A stretch of DNA of 64,000 nucleotides, from contig JAUIEF010000001.1 of assembly GCA_030428785.1 (NCBI GenBank), forward strand, positions 18,105 through 82,104, in the 5' to 3' direction. Shown one piece after another: positions 19,415 through 28,766 of the stretch. Both the position numbers and the translations under genes were made by a program. How positions within the stretch are numbered: the stretch's first letter is position 1; each line of letters starts with the position of its first letter. The notes under the pieces are model-generated. The model was not told the origin of the DNA. It searched no databases and was given only the letters and a program-made list of their open reading frames with translations. Source of the DNA: a bacterium (GTDB lineage Bacteria; Planctomycetota; B15-G4).

Positions 19415-20302
19415 GTGACCCCGCTGCTCTCCCTGCTGCTCTGCGTCTCGTTGTCCGGCGCGCTCGTCCACGACGGGCTCGACGAGCGGCTTCACGACAT
19501 CGCGCACCGGCTCGAGGAGTCCGGCCCGCGCGCCGACCTCTACCTGCGGCGCGCCGACGTGCTCCGACGGCTCGGCCGCCACGAGGAGGCGTTCGCCGAC
19601 CTGCTGCGTGCCGGGGAGCTCGATCCGGACGTCCCCGGCCTCGGGCTCGCGCGCGGCCGCCTGTGCGTCGACGTCGGCTGGTGGGGCGCCGCCGAGGGCG
19701 CGCTCGAGACGCACCGCGCGCGCGAGGGCGACGGACACGAGGTCTCGTCGCTGCTCGCCGACGCGGCGCTCGGCGCCGGGCGTCGCGCGGACGCCGTCGC
19801 GCACCGACGCCGGGCGCTCGCCCTGCACGACGCGCCGCCGCCGGACCTCTTCGTACAGCTCGCGCGGGAGGTGCGCGCGGCCGCCGCGGACGCGGAGACG
19901 GGGCGCGCCGAGGCCCTCGCCGTGCTCGAGGAGGGCCTCGCGCGGCTCGGCGCGCTCGCGTCGCTCGTCCTCCCCGCCGTCGAGCTCGACCGCGAGGCGG
20001 GCCGCTGGGACGACGCGCTCGAGCGGCTGCGGGCGCTCGTCGACGCCTCGCCGCGCGCCGAGCGCTGGCTCGCGCTGCGCGGCGACGTCCTCGCCGAGGC
20101 GGGTCGGCCCGACGAGGCGCGCGTGGCCTGGCTCGCGGCGCGCGACGCCCTCGATACGCTGCCCGCGCATCGCCGCTCGACCCCGCTGCTGCGCGAGCTC
20201 GATGCGCACCTCGTCCGCGCGCTGGCGGCATCGCCCGTGGACACCGAGGGCACCCCGACCGACGACCCGTCCCCCGCCGAGCCCCCCGAGGAGCAGCCGT
20301 GA
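19415..20302 (+). CDS. TPR-like helical repeat protein with a signal-like N-terminus
   Basis: Full track ORF with a GTG start. MTPLLSLLLCVSLSGALVH, then A/L/R/E/D-rich helical repeats (ADLYLRRADVLRRLGRHEEAFADLLRAGELDP...). The stop overlaps GTG 20299 of the next gene's frame. Confidence 0.7.
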   Translation: MTPLLSLLLCVSLSGALVHDGLDERLHDIAHRLEESGPRADLYLRRADVLRRLGRHEEAFADLLRAGELDPDVPGLGLARGRLCVDVGWWGAAEGALETHRAREGDGHEVSSLLADAALGAGRRADAVAHRRRALALHDAPPPDLFVQLAREVRAAAADAETGRAEALAVLEEGLARLGALASLVLPAVELDREAGRWDDALERLRALVDASPRAERWLALRGDVLAEAGRPDEARVAWLAARDALDTLPAHRRSTPLLRELDAHLVRALAASPVDTEGTPTDDPSPAEPPEEQP

Positions 20303-20328
20303 CCCACGGACCCACCGCGCGCCGCGCC

Positions 20329-22479
20329 ATGACACGCCGCGTCACCGCCGCCGTCTCCCTGCTCGCCGTCGTCGCGTGGCTGCCGCCCGCGGCCGCCGCG
20401 ACGGACGTCCTCGTCCCGCGCGGCTCGACCTGGCGCTACCTCGACGACGGCAGCGCCCCCGTCGGCTGGCAGCTCCCCGGCTTCGACGACTCCACCTGGG
20501 CGTCCGGACCCGCGCAGCTCGGCTACGGCGACGGGGACGAGGCGACCATCCTCTCCTACGGCCCGGATCCCGACGACAAGCACATCACGGCGTACTTCCG
20601 GCACGAGTTCACGGTCGTCGACCCGGCGGCGTGGACGAAGCTCCGGCTGCGCGTGCTGCGCGACGACGGCGCCGTGGTCTCCGTGAACGGCGTCGAGGTC
20701 CTGCGCACGAACATGCCGGCGGGCGCGATCACGTCGACCACCCTCGCGACCGCCGCCCAGAGCGGGTCGGAGGAGGACCTCTTCCGGCTCCTGAACCTGT
20801 CGCCGACGGCGCTCGTGCCGGGGACGAACCTCGTCGCCGTGGAGGTGCACCAGAGCAGCGGCACGAGCTCCGACACGAGCTTCGACCTCGAGCTCCACGC
20901 GACGGACACGGAGTTCGTGGTCCGCGGCCCGTACCTCCAGCTGGGCACGTCGGACAGCGTGACGATCCGCTGGAACACCGACGCCGCGACCGACTCGGTG
21001 GTGCGCTACGGGACGTCGCCGGGCGCGCTCACGAGCGTCGCCTCCGACCCGGCGACCGGCCTCAGCCACACGCTCCAGCTCACGAACCTGACGCCCGACA
21101 CGCAGTACTGGTACGCCGTCGGCACGTCGTCGTACGACCTCTCCGGACCGGACGCCTCCCACACCTTCCGGACCGCGCCCCTGGTCGGGACGTCGCAGCC
21201 CGTGCGCATCTGGGCCATCGGCGACTCCGGCACCGCCGACTCGTTGGCCGTCGCCGTGCGCGACGCGTACGAGGCGTTCACCGCCGGCACGCCCACGGAC
21301 GTCTGGCTCATGCTGGGCGACAACGCGTACACCGACGGCACCGTCGCCGAGTACGTCGCGGCGGTGTACGACACCTACCCGGAGATGCTGCGCCGCACGG
21401 TCGTCTGGCCGACGCGCGGCAACCACGACACGACGGGCGCGTACACGGGGCTGTTCAACCTGCCGTCCGGCGGCGAGGCGGGCGGCCTCCCGTCGGGCAC
21501 GGAGCTCTACTACTCGTTCGACCACGCCAACGTGCACTTCGTGTGCCTGGACTCGGAGAGCTCGCCGCTCGGCGTCGGCGGCGCCATGTGGACGTGGCTC
21601 GAGGCGGACCTCGCGTCGACGGCGCAGGACTGGATCATCGCCTACTGGCACCACCCGCCGTACACGAAGGGCTCGCACGACTCCGACACGGAGTCGAAGC
21701 TCGTGAGCATGCGGCAGGCGTTCCTCCCGCTGCTCGAGGCGGGCGGCGTGGACCTCGTGCTCAACGGCCACAGCCACAGCTACGAGCGCACGTTCCTCCT
21801 CGACGGGCACTACCAGTCGTCGACGACGTTCTTGGACAGCATGAAGAAGGACCCCGGCGACGGCGCACCCGCGGGCGACGGCGCGTACGCGAAGGCGTTC
21901 GGCGCGAACAACGGCGCGGTGTACGCCGTCGCGGGGAGCTCGGGCAAGCTCTCGGACGGGCCGCTCGACCACCCGGCGATGGCGCTCTCGACGATGACGC
22001 TCGGCTCGCTCGTGATCGACGTCGACGGCCTGCAGCTCCGCGCGCGGTTCCTCGACGACACAGGCGGGGTGCTCGACGACTTCACGCTCGTGAAGGGCGA
22101 CTTCGCCGAGTGGGACGTGCTCGGCGGAGGGACGCCCGGCGTGCAGGGCGTGCCGCAGCTCGTCGGGGTCGGCACGCAGGTCGCCGGCTCGCCGCTCACC
22201 GTGCACCTCACGCGTGCGGCGCCGGGCGCGCTCGCGTACGTGTTCCTCTCCGGCACGTCGACGCCCACGCCGTTCCTCGGCGGCACGCTCCACGCGTTCC
22301 CGTTCCTGAACTCCTTCGCGTTCGTCACGGACGGGAGCGGGTCCTACGCCGCCTCGGCGACCTGGCCGGCGGGCGTCCCGAGCGGGCTCCAGGCCTGGCT
22401 GCAGGCGGGCGTCGTGGACGCGAGCGTGCCCGTCTTCGGCGCCTCGCTGTCGAACGCGGTCCGGAGCACGGCGCCCTGA
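20329..22479 (+). CDS. Secreted purple-acid-phosphatase-like metallophosphoesterase with the shared C-terminal module
   Basis: In the frame of track ORF 19663..22479. ATG 20329 gives MTRRVTAAVSLLAVVAWLPPAAAA; GTG 20299, which overlaps the upstream stop, is an alternative start. Motifs IWAIGDSG, LMLGDNAYTDG, PTRGNHD and NGHSHSYER. An Fn3-like PAP N-domain is present (VTIRWNTD...TQYWYAV). Confidence 0.88.
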   Translation: MTRRVTAAVSLLAVVAWLPPAAAATDVLVPRGSTWRYLDDGSAPVGWQLPGFDDSTWASGPAQLGYGDGDEATILSYGPDPDDKHITAYFRHEFTVVDPAAWTKLRLRVLRDDGAVVSVNGVEVLRTNMPAGAITSTTLATAAQSGSEEDLFRLLNLSPTALVPGTNLVAVEVHQSSGTSSDTSFDLELHATDTEFVVRGPYLQLGTSDSVTIRWNTDAATDSVVRYGTSPGALTSVASDPATGLSHTLQLTNLTPDTQYWYAVGTSSYDLSGPDASHTFRTAPLVGTSQPVRIWAIGDSGTADSLAVAVRDAYEAFTAGTPTDVWLMLGDNAYTDGTVAEYVAAVYDTYPEMLRRTVVWPTRGNHDTTGAYTGLFNLPSGGEAGGLPSGTELYYSFDHANVHFVCLDSESSPLGVGGAMWTWLEADLASTAQDWIIAYWHHPPYTKGSHDSDTESKLVSMRQAFLPLLEAGGVDLVLNGHSHSYERTFLLDGHYQSSTTFLDSMKKDPGDGAPAGDGAYAKAFGANNGAVYAVAGSSGKLSDGPLDHPAMALSTMTLGSLVIDVDGLQLRARFLDDTGGVLDDFTLVKGDFAEWDVLGGGTPGVQGVPQLVGVGTQVAGSPLTVHLTRAAPGALAYVFLSGTSTPTPFLGGTLHAFPFLNSFAFVTDGSGSYAASATWPAGVPSGLQAWLQAGVVDASVPVFGASLSNAVRSTAP
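22111..22479 (+). other. Shared C-terminal module, instance B (phosphatase)
   Basis: WDVLGGGTPGVQGVPQLVGVGTQVAGSPLTVHLTRAAPGALAYVFLSGTSTPTPFLGGTLHAFPFLNSFAFVTDGSGSYAASATWPAGVPSGLQAWLQAGVVDASVPVFGASLSNAVRSTAP-stop. Confidence 0.8.
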
Positions 22480-22498
22480 CCGGACCGACCCGGGTTCG

Positions 22499-23002
22499 TC
22501 AGGTCTCCCCCCGCTCGAGCCGCGCGAGGAGCCGCCGCAGGATCCGTTCGAGCGCGTCACGATCGCGCGCGGGCAGGTCGGACACGGCGTCCTCCGCTTC
22601 CTCGAACCGCACCTCGACGGCCCGGTCGACGAGCGCGAGCCCCTCGTCCGTGAGCTCCACGCGCACGCCGCGGCGGTCGCGCGGCTCGGCCTCGCGCCGG
22701 ACGTAGCCGCTCGACGCGAGCCGGTCGATGCGGTTCGTCATCGCGCCGGGCGTGAGGAGCGTGGCGCGGCTGAGCTCCGTCGGCGTCAGCCGATGGGGCG
22801 GCCCCTGCCGGCGGAGGGTCGCGAGCACGTCGAAGGCCCAGAGCGGCAGATCGAGCGCGCCGAGGACGCGGGACACGCGCCGCTCGAGGAGCTTCCCGGC
22901 GAGGAGCAGGCGTCCGACGAGCGCAAAGCCCCGGGTGTCGAGGTCCGCGCGCTCGCGAGCCCACTGCTCCCGGATCCGGTCGATGAGGTCCTCGTCGGTC
23001 AT
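22499..23002 (-). CDS. MarR family transcriptional regulator
   Basis: Full track ORF. LTPTELSRATLLTPGAMTNRIDRLASSGYVRREAEPRDRRGVRVELTDEG, a typical MarR wHTH. Confidence 0.92.
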   Translation of the reverse strand: MTDEDLIDRIREQWARERADLDTRGFALVGRLLLAGKLLERRVSRVLGALDLPLWAFDVLATLRRQGPPHRLTPTELSRATLLTPGAMTNRIDRLASSGYVRREAEPRDRRGVRVELTDEGLALVDRAVEVRFEEAEDAVSDLPARDRDALERILRRLLARLERGET

Positions 23003-23041
23003 GCCGGGAGGATAGCCGCCGGAATTTTCACGCCCAATATC

Positions 23042-23078
23042 TTGACGTCAAACTATTGGCTGTTACTTTGACGTTGAA
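23042..23078. promoter_or_regulatory. Divergent promoter/operator region with a repeated TTGACGT motif (candidate MarR sites)
   Basis: AT-rich intergenic patch in a GC-rich genome. Perfect palindrome TTGACGTCAA (23042-23051) and TTGACGTTGAA (23068-23078). A possible -35 TTGACG (23042-23047), 16-nt spacer and -10 TACTTT (23064-23069) face the cyclase gene. Confidence 0.5.
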
Positions 23079-23102
23079 CTAACGGTCCGCACGGAGCTCC
23101 CC

Positions 23103-24158
23103 ATGTCCCTCGCATCGATCCGGCCTATCGGCCTCCTCGCCGCCCTCCTCGCCGCCGTGCTCCCGGCCGGCTGCCGCCTCGCCCCCGTCGCGCACGGCGG
23201 CGTCGTCCACGACCTGCCGTCCGCCGCCCGTCCGGAGGTCGAGGGACCCGTCGTCGGCCGCAGCCCCTGGGGGCCCGACGACGAGCTCGGCGCCCTGAAT
23301 CGCATGACGGACGCCTCGCGCGCCGCGGTGCTCGCGCGCATCGACGGCGGGCGCGTGTACGACCTGGGTGTCGAGTACTTCGTCGGCATGCCGAGCTGGC
23401 ACGTGCTCGGCGACCCGCGCTTCCAGTACTGGCTCACCCACACGCCGCGCGGCACGGCGGTCGACGACCCGGCGGGCGTCGGCGACCGGCAGAACGCGCT
23501 CGTCTCGTACACCGGCGACGCCGTGTCGTTCTACACCCACATGGGGACGCACATCGACGCGCTGAACCACTTCGGGTTGCGCGGCGAGATCTACAACGGC
23601 TTCCGCGCGGACGAGCACCTCGGCGACCGCGGTTGGCGCCGGGCCGGCGCGGAGACGATCCCGCCGATCGTGGCGCGCGGCGTGCTCGTCGACGTCGCAG
23701 GCGCCAAGGGTGTCGACGTGCTGCCCGACTCGTACGCCATCACCGCCGACGACCTCCGCGAGGCCCTGGCTCTCCAGCACGTCGAGCTGCAACCCGGCGA
23801 CGTCGTGCTCGTGCGCGGCGGGCGCATGCGCACCTGGCCCGACGACGAGGCCTACGTCCGCGACCAGCCGGGGCTCGGCATGGACGCGGCCCGCTGGCTC
23901 GCCGAGGAGCAGCAGGTGCTCGCCGTCGGAGGCGACAATCTGAGCCTCGAGCACTTCCCCGTGTCGGGCGACGCCGGGACCTGGGTCCCCGTGCACACGT
24001 ACCTCCTCGCGCAACAGGGCGTCCCGATCATCGAGGTCCTCGACCTCGAGGCGCTCGCCGCCGACGGCGTCCACGAGTTCGCGTTCGTCGCGGCGTCGCT
24101 GGAGTTCCGCGGCGCGTCGGCCGCGCCGTTCCGTCCGCTCGCGTTCCCGCTGCGCTGA
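23103..24158 (+). CDS. Cyclase-family protein (kynurenine-formamidase-like fold), lipoprotein
   Basis: Full track ORF. Lipobox LPAGC; HMGTHIDALNHF (HxGTHxDxxxH-type motif). Confidence 0.85.
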   Translation: MSLASIRPIGLLAALLAAVLPAGCRLAPVAHGGVVHDLPSAARPEVEGPVVGRSPWGPDDELGALNRMTDASRAAVLARIDGGRVYDLGVEYFVGMPSWHVLGDPRFQYWLTHTPRGTAVDDPAGVGDRQNALVSYTGDAVSFYTHMGTHIDALNHFGLRGEIYNGFRADEHLGDRGWRRAGAETIPPIVARGVLVDVAGAKGVDVLPDSYAITADDLREALALQHVELQPGDVVLVRGGRMRTWPDDEAYVRDQPGLGMDAARWLAEEQQVLAVGGDNLSLEHFPVSGDAGTWVPVHTYLLAQQGVPIIEVLDLEALAADGVHEFAFVAASLEFRGASAAPFRPLAFPLR

Positions 24159-24186
24159 CCTCCCCCCTCGAACCCGGAGACCTCTC

Positions 24187-25005
24187 ATGACCCCCTACCT
24201 CTGCATGACCTGCGGCACCCAGTACGCCCCCTCGGACGTGCCCCCCGCCCGCTGCGCGGTCTGTGAGGACGACCGCCAGTACGTCGGCTGGGACGGCCAG
24301 CGCTGGACGACCCTCGACGCCCTCGCGCGCGAGCACGAGATCCGCATCGAGGAGGTCGCCGGCCTCGTCGCGCTCGGCGCCTCCCCGGCGTTCGGCATCG
24401 ACCACCGCTCGTTCCTGCTGCCGACGGACGCCGGCAACCTGCTCTGGGAGAGCCAGAGCGTGCTCACGGACGACGCCGTCGCGCAGCTCCGCTCCCTCGG
24501 CGGCGTCGACCGCATCCTCGTCTCGCACCCGCACTTCCACGGCGCCATGGCCGCGTGGAGCGACGCGCTCGGCGGCGTCCCGATCCTCGTCCACGAGGCC
24601 GATCGCGCGTGGGTCCAGCACCCCCACCCCGCGCTCGAGACCTGGTCGGGCGACGTGCTCCGCCTGTCCGACGACGTCACGCTCGTGCGCGCCGGCGGTC
24701 ACTTCCCCGGGAGCACCGTGCTCCACTGGGCGCGCGGACCGCGCGAGGGCGGCGCCCTCTTCTCGGGCGACGCGCTCCAGGTGTCGAATGACCGTCGTGG
24801 GGTCTCGTTCATGTACAGCTACCCGAACCTCGTCCCGATGCGCACGAGCGACGTCGTCGCCATGCGCGACCGGCTCGATCCCTACACGTACCGCGACGTC
24901 TTCGGATACACGTGGGGTCGCGACATCCTGGGCGATGCGCCGGGCGGCGGGCGGGCGGCGGTCGACCGCTCCTTCACGCGGTACCTCGCGGCGGTCCGCG
25001 GATAG
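24187..25005 (+). CDS. MBL-fold metallo-hydrolase with an N-terminal CxxC...CxxC zinc-ribbon-like motif
   Basis: Full track ORF. CMTCGTQY..CAVCED; ILVSHPHFHGAM replaces the canonical HxHxDH motif. Confidence 0.75.
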   Translation: MTPYLCMTCGTQYAPSDVPPARCAVCEDDRQYVGWDGQRWTTLDALAREHEIRIEEVAGLVALGASPAFGIDHRSFLLPTDAGNLLWESQSVLTDDAVAQLRSLGGVDRILVSHPHFHGAMAAWSDALGGVPILVHEADRAWVQHPHPALETWSGDVLRLSDDVTLVRAGGHFPGSTVLHWARGPREGGALFSGDALQVSNDRRGVSFMYSYPNLVPMRTSDVVAMRDRLDPYTYRDVFGYTWGRDILGDAPGGGRAAVDRSFTRYLAAVRG

Positions 25006-25031
25006 GCGAGCCGTGCCGCCCGAGCGGACCG

Positions 25032-26363
25032 CTACCGCTCCGGGAGCACGTAGCGGAGCTCCCGTTCCTCGCCGCGGTCGAGCACCGTGAGCGCGACCTC
25101 GTCACCGGGCTCGTGGCGCATGCGGAACCACGCGAGGAACGGACGTCCCGCCAGCGGGGGACGCTCGCCGTCGACGGCGACGATGCGGTGGTGTCCGCGC
25201 AGCCCCGCCTCGACCGCGGGCCACACGTGGCCGGGCGGCCCGCCGAGGAAGGGCTCGACGCACATCGCGTCCGCCGGGACGTCCGGGTGCCGCGCCGGGA
25301 GCGGCCAGCCGAAGCCGGGGTGCGCGCCGACGTTCCCCTGCGTGACGGACATGCGCCAGTCGAGCACCGTGTCGCGCCAGCCGTCGGACAACGCGAGCAC
25401 GCCCTCGTGCACCGCGCCGTCCCGCGTCCAGACGAGCGGGACCGCGCCCGACGGGTCCGCAGAGCGGTGCAGCACGCCGCGCAGGTCGGCCTGGCCGAAG
25501 AGCAGCCGCCCGTCGGCCGCGCGCACGACGTCGCCGGCGCGCACGCCCGCCTCCGCCGCCGGGGAGCCCTCGCGCACCGACGTCACGAGCAACCCGTCGT
25601 CGCGGTCGACGACGAGCCCGACGTTCTCCGGGAGCGGCCACACGTCGAGGTCGCGCGCCTTGTCGAACGTGCCCGCGTCGAGCGCCGGCTGCCGCAGGAC
25701 CTCGGCGACCTGGTGGCAGTGCAGGCAGCTCGCGTCCTTCTCGACGGTCGGGCCGGCCGCCCAGCTCGCGTAGCCGGGCAGCGACGCGGGCGGGCGGGTG
25801 TCGGCGCCCGCGCGGGCCGGACCGTCGAGGCTCCAGCCCGCGCGCCGCGGGTCGTGGTGGTGGTCCAGCACCCGCGCGAGCGTCGCGGCGAGCGCCGCCT
25901 CGCTGATGCGCGTCGCGTCCGACACCTCGTCCCGTCCGCCGAACACGCCGTAGGTCTCCCCCGCCGGCGAGAGGAACCACCCCCACCACGAGAGGTCGAG
26001 GTCCTGGAAGCCCTCCGAGGGCAGCAGGCCGAGGTCGAGCTGCCGAGCGTCCGTGAGCCGCACGGTCACGAAGCGACGCAGCAGCGGCGAGAGGAGCGGC
26101 CCGCCCTCGAGCACGTCGCGGTCGAAGTCGGCGCACTGCGCGCACGGCAGGCAGCGCAGCGTCACGAAGAGCGGACGGTCGGTGAGCTGCGCCTCGGCGA
26201 GCGCGGCGCGGAGATCGTCGCGCCACAGGAGCTCGTCCTGCGGCGCGGCCCACCGACCGCGCGGAGGGCCCAGCACCTCGGCCCAGTCGACGTCGGGCTC
26301 CCCGCCGCGGAGAGCGGCGGGGAGCAGCGACAGGAGGACGACGATCAGCGGCGTCGTGGGCAT
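25032..26363 (-). CDS. Secreted thioredoxin-fold plus two-PDZ-domain protein
   Basis: Full track ORF; GAGGAG lies upstream of ATG 26363. Signal MPTTPLIVVLLSLLPAAL. Cys cluster LRCLPCAQC (all TGC codons) and CLHCH. PDZ-like GLLVTSVREGSPAAEAGVRAGDVV and a second copy ending GDEVALTV. Confidence 0.8.
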   Translation of the reverse strand: MPTTPLIVVLLSLLPAALRGGEPDVDWAEVLGPPRGRWAAPQDELLWRDDLRAALAEAQLTDRPLFVTLRCLPCAQCADFDRDVLEGGPLLSPLLRRFVTVRLTDARQLDLGLLPSEGFQDLDLSWWGWFLSPAGETYGVFGGRDEVSDATRISEAALAATLARVLDHHHDPRRAGWSLDGPARAGADTRPPASLPGYASWAAGPTVEKDASCLHCHQVAEVLRQPALDAGTFDKARDLDVWPLPENVGLVVDRDDGLLVTSVREGSPAAEAGVRAGDVVRAADGRLLFGQADLRGVLHRSADPSGAVPLVWTRDGAVHEGVLALSDGWRDTVLDWRMSVTQGNVGAHPGFGWPLPARHPDVPADAMCVEPFLGGPPGHVWPAVEAGLRGHHRIVAVDGERPPLAGRPFLAWFRMRHEPGDEVALTVLDRGEERELRYVLPER

Positions 26364-26390
26364 GCGACGACTCCTCGGGAGATCACGATC

Positions 26391-27158
26391 CTACCCGCGC
26401 AGGAGCGCGCCCAACGCGTCGAGGCGCTCGCCCCAGAACCGCTTGGCGCGCTCCACGTCGGCGGGCCCGCCGAGCCGTGCGTGCTGCACGCTCAGCGTGC
26501 TCTTGCCGGCGCCCTTCGACACGAGGAAGAACCGGACGCGCGTGCCATCCTCGCCGTCGAAGCGGATGGACGTGTCGACGGTCGCGGTGCGCACGCGCGT
26601 CACGCCCGTCGGAAGCCACTTGCGACGGTGCCGCACGTCGCGACACGCGCGGTAGAGCTCCGACACGCCGACGGGGAACGTGCGGCTCTTGTTCGCGTCG
26701 TACGAGCCGTCCGGGCGCTGCCCGACCGCGCGCAGCCCGCGGATGCGCTCGTAGCCGACGGTCACGGTCTGCGACCACCACGCGCCGAGGCCGTGCGCGT
26801 CGACGAGCCGGCGCGCGATGTCGCGGTGCGACAGCTCCCACGCGCGGTCCCGGTCGAGCGCCGCGACCCAGCCCGACCAGTCGCGACCCGTCTTCTCGCG
26901 GACCGCGTCGTCGCGCATGCCGGCGAGCGCCGCCCACTCCGCGCGCGGCGCCGCGTCCCGTCGCGGCGTGCCGGGGCCGCGGCGCGGGGCGCCCGCCGCC
27001 GTGCCGGTGCCGACCGGCGTCGACGCACCGTCGTCGTCGCCGCTCCTCGATCCGCGCGTCCCCCGCGCGAGCACCACCGCGCGGGCCGCCGTGTACGACT
27101 CGCCCGTCTTGGCCATCCGGGCGCGCACGAGGCGCTTGAGGTCCTTGTCCTGGGTCAT
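26391..27158 (-). CDS. DUF4287-like plus SRPBCC (AHSA1/START-like) domain protein
   Basis: Last 255 codons of track ORF 26391..28499. ATG 27158 is preceded by GGAGGAATCG. MTQDKDLKRLVRARMAKTGESYTAAR...TGRDWSGWVAALD...LSVQHARL. Confidence 0.75.
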   Translation of the reverse strand: MTQDKDLKRLVRARMAKTGESYTAARAVVLARGTRGSRSGDDDGASTPVGTGTAAGAPRRGPGTPRRDAAPRAEWAALAGMRDDAVREKTGRDWSGWVAALDRDRAWELSHRDIARRLVDAHGLGAWWSQTVTVGYERIRGLRAVGQRPDGSYDANKSRTFPVGVSELYRACRDVRHRRKWLPTGVTRVRTATVDTSIRFDGEDGTRVRFFLVSKGAGKSTLSVQHARLGGPADVERAKRFWGERLDALGALLRG

Positions 27159-27500
27159 GCCGATTCCTCCGTGTCGCCGCGACGGACGCACTCCCCGGCA
27201 GTGGGCCCGCGCAGCGCGCGAAGGCTCGGGACCGCGATCCGGAGGTGTGCCCTCCTTTGCCCCGCGAGGGCCGGCGCCGGGGGCCGGCCGAGGGGTTGGG
27301 CGAGGATCGTCGCCGACACGGAGGGTCGCCGAGCAGGCGCGGAGCGTCAAGCGCGAACCGGCGGCACGCGCGCGCTCCCGGCGAGCGCGCCGAGAACGCT
27401 GGTAGACTCGGGGAGGCGGGAGAAGGCCGCGGCGGCCGGGCCGCTCCCGTGCGCGGGTCTCCGGACCCGACGGCCGCGCAGGACGCAGGAGGAGCCCATC

Positions 27501-28757
27501 GTGAAGACCCCGACGTCCCGACGCGGCTGCCGCGTCCTCCCCGGGCTGCTCGCGCTGCTCGTCGCCGTCGCGCTCCCAGCGTGGGCCCACGCCTCGACCA
27601 AGGTCTGGCAGGTCGGCGCTCCCGGCTCGACCCTCTCGCTGCTCGACACGTGCCTCATGGCGGCCGACGGCGACGTGATACTCGTCTACCCGGACGCCGG
27701 CGCGAACGCCGACGTCCTGTACGTCCTCGGCAAGAGCCTCACCGTCATCGGCAACCCGGAGGACGCCGGCAACCCGGACACGCTCGTCACCGTGCCCGTG
27801 CTCCAGGTGCGCGACCTGCTCCCCGGACAGCAGGCGTTCGTCATGGGCTTCGTCGGAGCCGGCGGCGCCAAGCTCTTCGACAACGAGGGCGTCGCGTGGC
27901 TGCACACCGTCCGGCGCAGCTCGAAGGTGGCGCTCGTGGTCGAGGAGAGCGACGCCGTCATGATCTCGAAGTGCGGGTTCTTCGGCGCGTACCAGCAGCC
28001 GCTGACCGGCGCCGAGCTGACGAACTCCCGCGTGCACATGTACGCGTCGCAGATCGCCGGCGGATACGACAACGTCCTCGCACCTGACGGGAGCGGCCCC
28101 GTGGGCGGCACCGCGATCGTCCAGCACGGCGGCCGCACGGACATGAACGGCTGCCTGATCCAGGCCGGGAGCGCGTTCATCCCCTCGACGTTCAACAAGA
28201 AGTGCAGTGCCGGCTGGGCGGCGGACCTGACGACGCCCGCGACGCTCCTCTTCTCGTACAACTCGACGGCGGAGCACACGCAGTCCAACTGCCACCTCTG
28301 CTACTCGGCGTTCGGCCCGCCCCCCGGGTGCGGGGTCCTCACGTTCGCCCCGACGATCGGCGGCCCGGGGATCGCCGACGGGCTCGACGGCCCGGCGCGC
28401 ACGCTCAAGGTGCCGCTCGTTCTCGAGACGTCGGACGCGTACACGGCGACGCTGTCGGGTGCCGCCGGCGAGCTGTTCCTGCTCGCGGCGGGCACCCAAC
28501 TCGCTCCGACCGACTCCTGGACGTACTACAACACCTGGGCCCTCGGCGCCGGCTTCCAGTCGATCCTGTTCGGCGCGCTCCCGCCGAGCGGCACGCTCGA
28601 GCTGTCGGGCGTGGTCCCGCCGTCGATCCTCGGGTCGACGGGGGACGAGGCGCTGACGCTCGTCTTCCAGGCCATGGTGCAGACCAGCGCCGGCGACCTC
28701 GTCATGACGGACCCCACCTGGACGACGATCCTCGTCCCCCAGGTGCCGCCGAGCTAG
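27501..28757 (+). CDS. Secreted hypothetical protein (no recognised catalytic motif)
   Basis: Last 418 codons of track ORF 24912..28757. GTG 27501 is preceded by AGGAGGAG. Signal CRVLPGLLALLVAVALPAWAHA. The C-terminal ~100 aa are weakly reminiscent of the shared module. Confidence 0.7.
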   Translation: MKTPTSRRGCRVLPGLLALLVAVALPAWAHASTKVWQVGAPGSTLSLLDTCLMAADGDVILVYPDAGANADVLYVLGKSLTVIGNPEDAGNPDTLVTVPVLQVRDLLPGQQAFVMGFVGAGGAKLFDNEGVAWLHTVRRSSKVALVVEESDAVMISKCGFFGAYQQPLTGAELTNSRVHMYASQIAGGYDNVLAPDGSGPVGGTAIVQHGGRTDMNGCLIQAGSAFIPSTFNKKCSAGWAADLTTPATLLFSYNSTAEHTQSNCHLCYSAFGPPPGCGVLTFAPTIGGPGIADGLDGPARTLKVPLVLETSDAYTATLSGAAGELFLLAAGTQLAPTDSWTYYNTWALGAGFQSILFGALPPSGTLELSGVVPPSILGSTGDEALTLVFQAMVQTSAGDLVMTDPTWTTILVPQVPPS

Positions 28758-28766
28758 CGACGCGCG

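Noticed and set aside
19540-22706. ORFs of more than 1000 aa at 19540..22560(-) and 19608..22706(+)
   Set aside because: They are out of frame or antisense to the well-supported TPR and metallophosphatase genes, and R/A/G/P-rich without motifs.
26140-26170. Possible selenocysteine site in the Trx-PDZ protein (redox motif LRCLPCAQC)
   Set aside because: All Cys positions are TGC codons and there is no in-frame TGA in the gene. This is a Cys-type protein.
24912-28757. 1281-aa ORF; also 26391..28499(-), 57252..62147(-), 60419..61957(-), 45342..48578(+) and 47645..51646(+) as full-length genes
   Set aside because: In each case only the 3' part has protein-like composition, a signal peptide or motifs, and an SD-preceded internal start. 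The long 5' extensions overlap other well-supported genes.
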